Shown piece after piece: positions 46,349-51,023 of a stretch of 51,023 nt of DNA. The position numbers and the translations under genes were made by a program. This stretch comes from Gemmatimonadota bacterium (lineage in GTDB: Bacteria; Gemmatimonadota; Gemmatimonadetes; Longimicrobiales; Gaopeijiaceae). The notes below the pieces were generated by a model. The model searched no databases, was not told the DNA's origin, and saw only the letters and a list, made by a program, of their open reading frames with translations. The DNA lies in contig JBDHHQ010000024.1 of assembly GCA_039589315.1 (NCBI GenBank), positions 1 to 51,023 on the forward strand. The letters are read 5' to 3'. Each line of letters starts with the position of its first letter. Within the stretch, counting starts at the first letter, position 1.

Positions 46349-47221
46349 GTGCGCCGCATCGCGGTCGTCGGCAGGTCACCCGGGGCCGAGCTCGGCGAAA
46401 TCCTCGGCCGGCTGGAGAGCTGGGCCGCTGCCCGCGCGATCACGCTGGTGGGCGACCCAGAGACGCTCCCCGACCGCCCGGCCATCGCACCGCTTTCGCC
46501 TGACGATGACGACGCCGACCTGTTCCTGGCCCTCGGCGGCGACGGCACCCTCCTTCGTGCGGCCCGGCTGGCGGCGCGACGTGACGCTCCCGTCGTCGGG
46601 GTGAACCTGGGCCAACTCGGCTTCCTCACGGCGGCCGGTGGGGACGAGCTGGAGCAGTCCCTCGACAGCATTGTGGCCGGTGACTACGAGCTCGATCGAC
46701 GGTTTACGCTCGAGGCCAGCGTGCTTCACGCCGACGGAACCGAGAGTCGTCGCTTCCTGGCGCTCAACGACTTCGTCGTTCACAAGGGGGGGCTGGCCCG
46801 CGTGACCCGCCTGTCCCTCTCGGTTGGCCTCGCCAACGGCCACGACGAGATCGGCAGCTTCTCCGGAGACGGCGTGATCCTCTCCACCCCGACCGGATCC
46901 ACGGCATACAGCCTCTCGGCAGGGGGACCGATCGTGGTGCCCGAGGTGCCGTGCATCATCGTGACCCCAATCTGCCCGCACTCCCTCGGTCTCCGTCCCC
47001 TGGTGATTTCTGCCGAGGACACGGTGGAAGTGACGCCTCTGGATCGAACAGCGGAGCTGGTGCTGACCGTGGACGGCCAGTTCGGCGTCAACCTGGGCGC
47101 CGGGGACGCCGTCCGGGTAGAGCGCGGGGCCATCACCGTTCAACTCGTACGCTTTCCCGGTCAGACGTTCTTCTCCACGCTCAGACGAAAGCTCAATTGG
47201 GGGGCCCCGCCCACCCATTGA
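46349..47221 (+). CDS. nadK: NAD kinase
   Basis: LGGDGT, GVNLGQLGFL, ALND, STPTGSTAYSLSAGGP. Confidence 0.96.
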   Translation: MRRIAVVGRSPGAELGEILGRLESWAAARAITLVGDPETLPDRPAIAPLSPDDDDADLFLALGGDGTLLRAARLAARRDAPVVGVNLGQLGFLTAAGGDELEQSLDSIVAGDYELDRRFTLEASVLHADGTESRRFLALNDFVVHKGGLARVTRLSLSVGLANGHDEIGSFSGDGVILSTPTGSTAYSLSAGGPIVVPEVPCIIVTPICPHSLGLRPLVISAEDTVEVTPLDRTAELVLTVDGQFGVNLGAGDAVRVERGAITVQLVRFPGQTFFSTLRRKLNWGAPPTH

Positions 47222-47334
47222 GGTGCCCGTTCTTGACCGATACGCTACCCTGGAGTCGGGCCCTTCTCCTGGCGGGATGCAGCAGTTTCCCGAATCGCGT
47301 CATGACCTCTGCGTCACCACCCTGAACTCGGCCG

Positions 47335-48996
47335 ATGCTCATCGAACTCCGCATCCACGACTTCGCAGTGCTGGACGACGTGTCCCTGGAGCTGCGCCCA
47401 GGCCTGAACGTCCTATCCGGAGAGACCGGCGCCGGTAAGTCCATCATTGTGGGGGCTCTTTCGCTGCTTCTGGGGGAGCGGGCGTCGTCGAGCGTGGTCC
47501 GACGCGGGGCCTCCAGAGCAGTCGTCGAAGGCGCGTTCGACATACCCGAGCGCGGTTCGGTGCTGGCCCGGCTCGAACAGCTCGGGATCGAGCCGGACGA
47601 CGGGCTCCTCATCTTGAAGCGGGAGGTTGCCGCCGAAGGCCGCAACCGCGCATGGATCAATGGCTCGCCGGCCACTGCCACCATGGTGGGTGAGCTTGGC
47701 TCGGACCTGGTAGACCTCCACGGACAACACGAGCACCAGACGCTCCTTCGCCCCGCGGAGCAGCGACGCATCCTGGACGCCTACGGCGGTGCATTGGATC
47801 TGGCTCGAGAAGTCGCGGAGCGGCACCGCCGGCTGCAGGAGCTCTCCCGGGCCCTCGACGAGCGCGAGTCGCGCCGGAGGGAGCTCGAGAGTCGGAGCGA
47901 CTTCCTCCGGTTTCAACTGTCGGAGATCCAGGGAGCCCGGATTCTGGAGGACGAGGACGCCCGGTTGGAAGAGGAGGCCCGCCGTCTCGAGCACTCGGAA
48001 GAGCTGGCTGGGGAGGCTGAGAGCCTGCACGAAGCCCTGTACGGGTCCGACGAGGCCGTGTCCAATCGGCTCGCCGACTTTCAACGGACTCTCGAGCGGC
48101 TCGCGAAGGTCGATCCGGGGCTGGCGCCGGACGCGGCGTCCCTCGACGAGGTGTACCACACCGTCGTCGATCTGGGCCGTCGTCTGGGTGACTACGCGAA
48201 CGCGGTGGAGCACGACCCACACCGCCTCGAGGAGATCCGCGGGCGGCTCGATCTCCTGTTTCGGCTGAAGCGCAAGTACGGGCCGCACCTCGTGGACGTG
48301 ACTACTACGGGTGAGCGTCTTGCCGACGAGCTGGCCGAGCTGGAGGGCGCTGAGGTGGATCTCGCAGATCTGCGTCGTGCCCAGACTACCGCGCGTGACG
48401 CGTTGACCGACGACGCGGCGAGCCTCAGTCGCGCCCGGAGGGAGGCTGCCCGGCGTCTTTCCGCGCAGGTGGAGCCCCTCTTGCCTGAGCTGGGCATGCC
48501 GGGGGCTGTCTTCCGGGTCGCGCTCACCGAGCTCGCGGAGCCGGGCGCCGGCGGGAGCGAGTCGGTGGAGTTTCGCGCTTCCCTCAACGCGGGCTTCGAG
48601 CCGGCACCGCTCGCTCGCATTGCGAGCGGGGGTGAGTTGTCCCGCGTCATGTTGGCGCTCAAGGCCACCCTGGCGAGCGTAGACCGCGTGCCCACCCTGG
48701 TCTTCGACGAGATCGACGCGGGAGTCGGCGGCGTCGTGGCCGGGCGTGTCGCCGAAAAGCTCCGCGAGGTGGCCGAGCGGCATCAGGTCTTCGTGGTCAC
48801 CCACCTGCCGCAGCTCGCATCCCGGGCCCATGCACACTTCCGGGTGGAGAAGGACACCGTCGCGCGCCAGGCAGTCACCGCCGTCGAGGAGCTGGTCGGC
48901 GACGCTCGGGTCGAGGAGATCGCTCGGATGCTGGGAGGAGACCCCGAGTCGGCCCGGTCGCTGGATCACGCACGGGAGCTGCTGGGCACGACCTGA
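47335..48996 (+). CDS. recN: DNA repair protein RecN
   Basis: GETGAGKS, HGQH, ASGGELSR, VFDEIDAG, VTHLPQ. Confidence 0.98.
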   Translation: MLIELRIHDFAVLDDVSLELRPGLNVLSGETGAGKSIIVGALSLLLGERASSSVVRRGASRAVVEGAFDIPERGSVLARLEQLGIEPDDGLLILKREVAAEGRNRAWINGSPATATMVGELGSDLVDLHGQHEHQTLLRPAEQRRILDAYGGALDLAREVAERHRRLQELSRALDERESRRRELESRSDFLRFQLSEIQGARILEDEDARLEEEARRLEHSEELAGEAESLHEALYGSDEAVSNRLADFQRTLERLAKVDPGLAPDAASLDEVYHTVVDLGRRLGDYANAVEHDPHRLEEIRGRLDLLFRLKRKYGPHLVDVTTTGERLADELAELEGAEVDLADLRRAQTTARDALTDDAASLSRARREAARRLSAQVEPLLPELGMPGAVFRVALTELAEPGAGGSESVEFRASLNAGFEPAPLARIASGGELSRVMLALKATLASVDRVPTLVFDEIDAGVGGVVAGRVAEKLREVAERHQVFVVTHLPQLASRAHAHFRVEKDTVARQAVTAVEELVGDARVEEIARMLGGDPESARSLDHARELLGTT

Positions 48997-49066
48997 CGAC
49001 CGGGTCCGCGCCTCGCGAGGTACGGTTGTGACTGGAAGCTGGTCAGCGGGAAGGGCTTCGCGGACG

Positions 49067-50710
49067 CTAGGCCCCGTCTCCCCAGAACGAAAGGAACAAC
49101 CGGAAGGTGACCCGGAAGGTCGACAGCTTCGGGGCCTGCCCGCCTTTCCCGCCGATGGCGGTCTGGTAGATGGCCCGGAGCTCCAAGGGCAGGGAAGACT
49201 CGCCACGCCGGAACGCCGGCAGGGTGGAGAAGATGGCCCCCACGCCGATCCGGTGGAGCGTGGCCTCGGTCTCCTCGTTCAGGACCGTGACGTCGGGCGC
49301 TTCCGTGGGTGGATCCGTTTGCGTGGCGGCCAGCGTGTAGCTGTCGGCACCCCTGGTGAACAAGGCGTAGGGGAGCGTGAGCGCCAGGGCATCGTTCATT
49401 CGGTAGCGTGGGGCCGCGTACAGCTCGAAGGTGTTTCCGGGCTTCCAGGAGACGAGCGCCTTCGAGGCGACCGGCGAGAGCACGACATCGGGCGTCGTGA
49501 CCCGGCGAACCAGCTCGGCGCTCTGCTGGAAGCCCAGGCGCGCGTGACCCCACAACTCCCACCGACGCCCCAGAGAGGCCGACCCGAAGACCCGAACCTC
49601 CACATCGCCTTGCCCGGTGCCCGTCCCGAGCTGCTGCAGCGTGTCCGGATGGGCTACCGAGCCCGTGGCGAGGCGCACCTTGGCTTCGGCGCCCAGCCGG
49701 TAGCGGAAGCCGGAGTCCGCCGGTCGCCCGGAGACACCGTCCAGCAGACGCAACGCGGCGCTCACCTCGACGTCGCCGAGGCCCCACTGTCCCTCGTAGG
49801 GGATCAAGGGGGCCGCCAGGACGCCGTAGACAGGCTCCGTAGCCAATCGCTGGAAATCCTCGCCGGTGAGCGCCTGCTCCGAGAGGGGCGGAGGACCGGC
49901 TGTGGTGGCCTGCCCGAATGACTCGACTCCTGTCGTGAAGTCGTCAACGCGTCGCTCGAGCGCCGTCCCCGCCGACGTGCCCTCCAGAGGGGCGAACCCG
50001 TCGGTGTCGTCATAGAGATTGCCCAGGCTCGTCTCCAGGGACTGACCCTCGGTCAGCAGCCCCTGCGCCTCCAGACACTCCGGTGATTCCGAGCCCAGAT
50101 CAGCACAGACCCCCGCGGCGGTTGTCTCGAAAGCGGTCACGTCCGTGCCCAGGTTGGACAGAAAGGTCGATACGGCGCCGGGGTCGGAGAGAGCCGGGTT
50201 CAGGCCGGCATTGGCGTTGGTCGAGTCGCCCCGAAAGACGGCATCGAGGATCGCCTCGCTCTTCACCAGCGGCACGGTACCGGAGATCGTGAGCCAATCG
50301 AAGACACCGACGTCGAGGCGGAAGGGGATCCTGGTCCGCGAGTAGGACCAGTCCGTAGACACGGAGCCGAGGTCCAGCAGAAAGGAAGGCTCCGCGAGCG
50401 CAGCGGCCACGGCGTCCTGGAAAGCCGCCAACGTGGGTACCATGGCAGTGCCCACGTCGTCACGGGTCAGGTCGAAGCCCAGCGGCTCCACCTCCTCGAT
50501 CGTCGAACCGCCCTCGGTGCGCTTGCCGTAACGGGAGTGCCAGAAGCCGTGCTCGGGTGCGAATTCGAACCGGACGGTGCCGCGGCGGACGAGGGGTTCC
50601 TCGAGTTCCTGCGCGCCTACTGGATGGGCCACGGCGGCCGCCAGAGCCAGAGCGGCTCGCGTGAGGCGGTGTATCGTCCAGGGGAGGGACCGGGATGTCG
50701 TCTGCCGCAT
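49067..50710 (-). CDS. Hypothetical exported / outer-membrane protein
   Basis: Signal peptide ending VGA-Q from ATG 50710, amphipathic strands, GLGDVEV..R and LGTGTGQGD motifs, C-terminal FRVTFRLFLSFW. Confidence 0.65.
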   Translation of the reverse strand: MRQTTSRSLPWTIHRLTRAALALAAAVAHPVGAQELEEPLVRRGTVRFEFAPEHGFWHSRYGKRTEGGSTIEEVEPLGFDLTRDDVGTAMVPTLAAFQDAVAAALAEPSFLLDLGSVSTDWSYSRTRIPFRLDVGVFDWLTISGTVPLVKSEAILDAVFRGDSTNANAGLNPALSDPGAVSTFLSNLGTDVTAFETTAAGVCADLGSESPECLEAQGLLTEGQSLETSLGNLYDDTDGFAPLEGTSAGTALERRVDDFTTGVESFGQATTAGPPPLSEQALTGEDFQRLATEPVYGVLAAPLIPYEGQWGLGDVEVSAALRLLDGVSGRPADSGFRYRLGAEAKVRLATGSVAHPDTLQQLGTGTGQGDVEVRVFGSASLGRRWELWGHARLGFQQSAELVRRVTTPDVVLSPVASKALVSWKPGNTFELYAAPRYRMNDALALTLPYALFTRGADSYTLAATQTDPPTEAPDVTVLNEETEATLHRIGVGAIFSTLPAFRRGESSLPLELRAIYQTAIGGKGGQAPKLSTFRVTFRLFLSFWGDGA

Positions 50711-50825
50711 GAGGTTGGCGAAGGAGCGATGGACCAGCGCACGCGCCCGAGGGGCGGCGGCCGGCAAAGAGCGCGAAAAGATAGGGGAGATGGGCAGACT
50801 TGGGAACCCAAGGCGCACCACGGAC

Positions 50826-50855
50826 TTGACACTCCTCCGGGCGCTTTCTTAGCTT
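50826..50855 (+). promoter_or_regulatory. Sigma70 promoter of the tRNA gene
   Basis: TTGACA-N18-TAGCTT. Confidence 0.6.
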
Positions 50856-50931
50856 CCAGTCCCAACATTCGAGGGTGCCCGTTGGGACAGGCTCCGAGGC
50901 TGGAGCGGTTCGTCGCGGCACCCTTTGTTAC

Positions 50932-51004
<73 letters not shown>

Positions 51005-51023
51005 CTCGCGAAGGGGGCTGCCG

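Noticed and set aside
30726..49206. Long antisense ORFs opposite thrS, pheT, rny, dxs and recN (similar ones occur opposite groEL and the regulator)
   Set aside because: Typical shadow ORFs of high-GC codon usage, with no independent motifs.

Overview
High-GC (roughly 70% by eye) bacterial chromosomal segment. Gene content, gene order and protein style suggest Gemmatimonadota (inference, not tested). Region 1-15.3 kb holds envelope and signalling modules: two tandem MacB/LolD-type ABC ATPases followed by an NtrC-family regulator and a kinase with no periplasmic sensor domain; a TonB-dependent receptor; a divergent locus behind a TTAGG-N4-CCTAA operator (YtkA/FixH-like lipoprotein opposite di-heme oxidoreductase lipoprotein, Tat Rieske lipoprotein and porin); an ECF sigma / anti-sigma / two exported HEAT-repeat protein operon; and a REC-GGDEF cyclase. 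Region 15.4-51 kb is mostly core genome: secDF, tatD-mutL-miaA-bshA-uppP-nadC-birA-coaX, a squalene-synthase-like gene, CIRCE-groESL, a hypothetical gene, thrS-infC-rpmI-rplT-pheST, zapB-like-zapA-rny-folD-xseAB-ispA-dxs-nadK-recN, a hypothetical outer-membrane protein and tRNA-Gly(GCC). I saw no CRISPR array, prophage, integrase or transposase. The best candidates for undescribed biology are the metal-regulated di-heme/Rieske/porin module, the ABC ATPase pair with the intramembrane-type kinase, the ECF-HEAT operon, and several cis-RNA elements (thrS anticodon mimic, infC attenuator with AUC start, rny SD switch). All assignments come from reading motifs by eye; no database search or folding was run.
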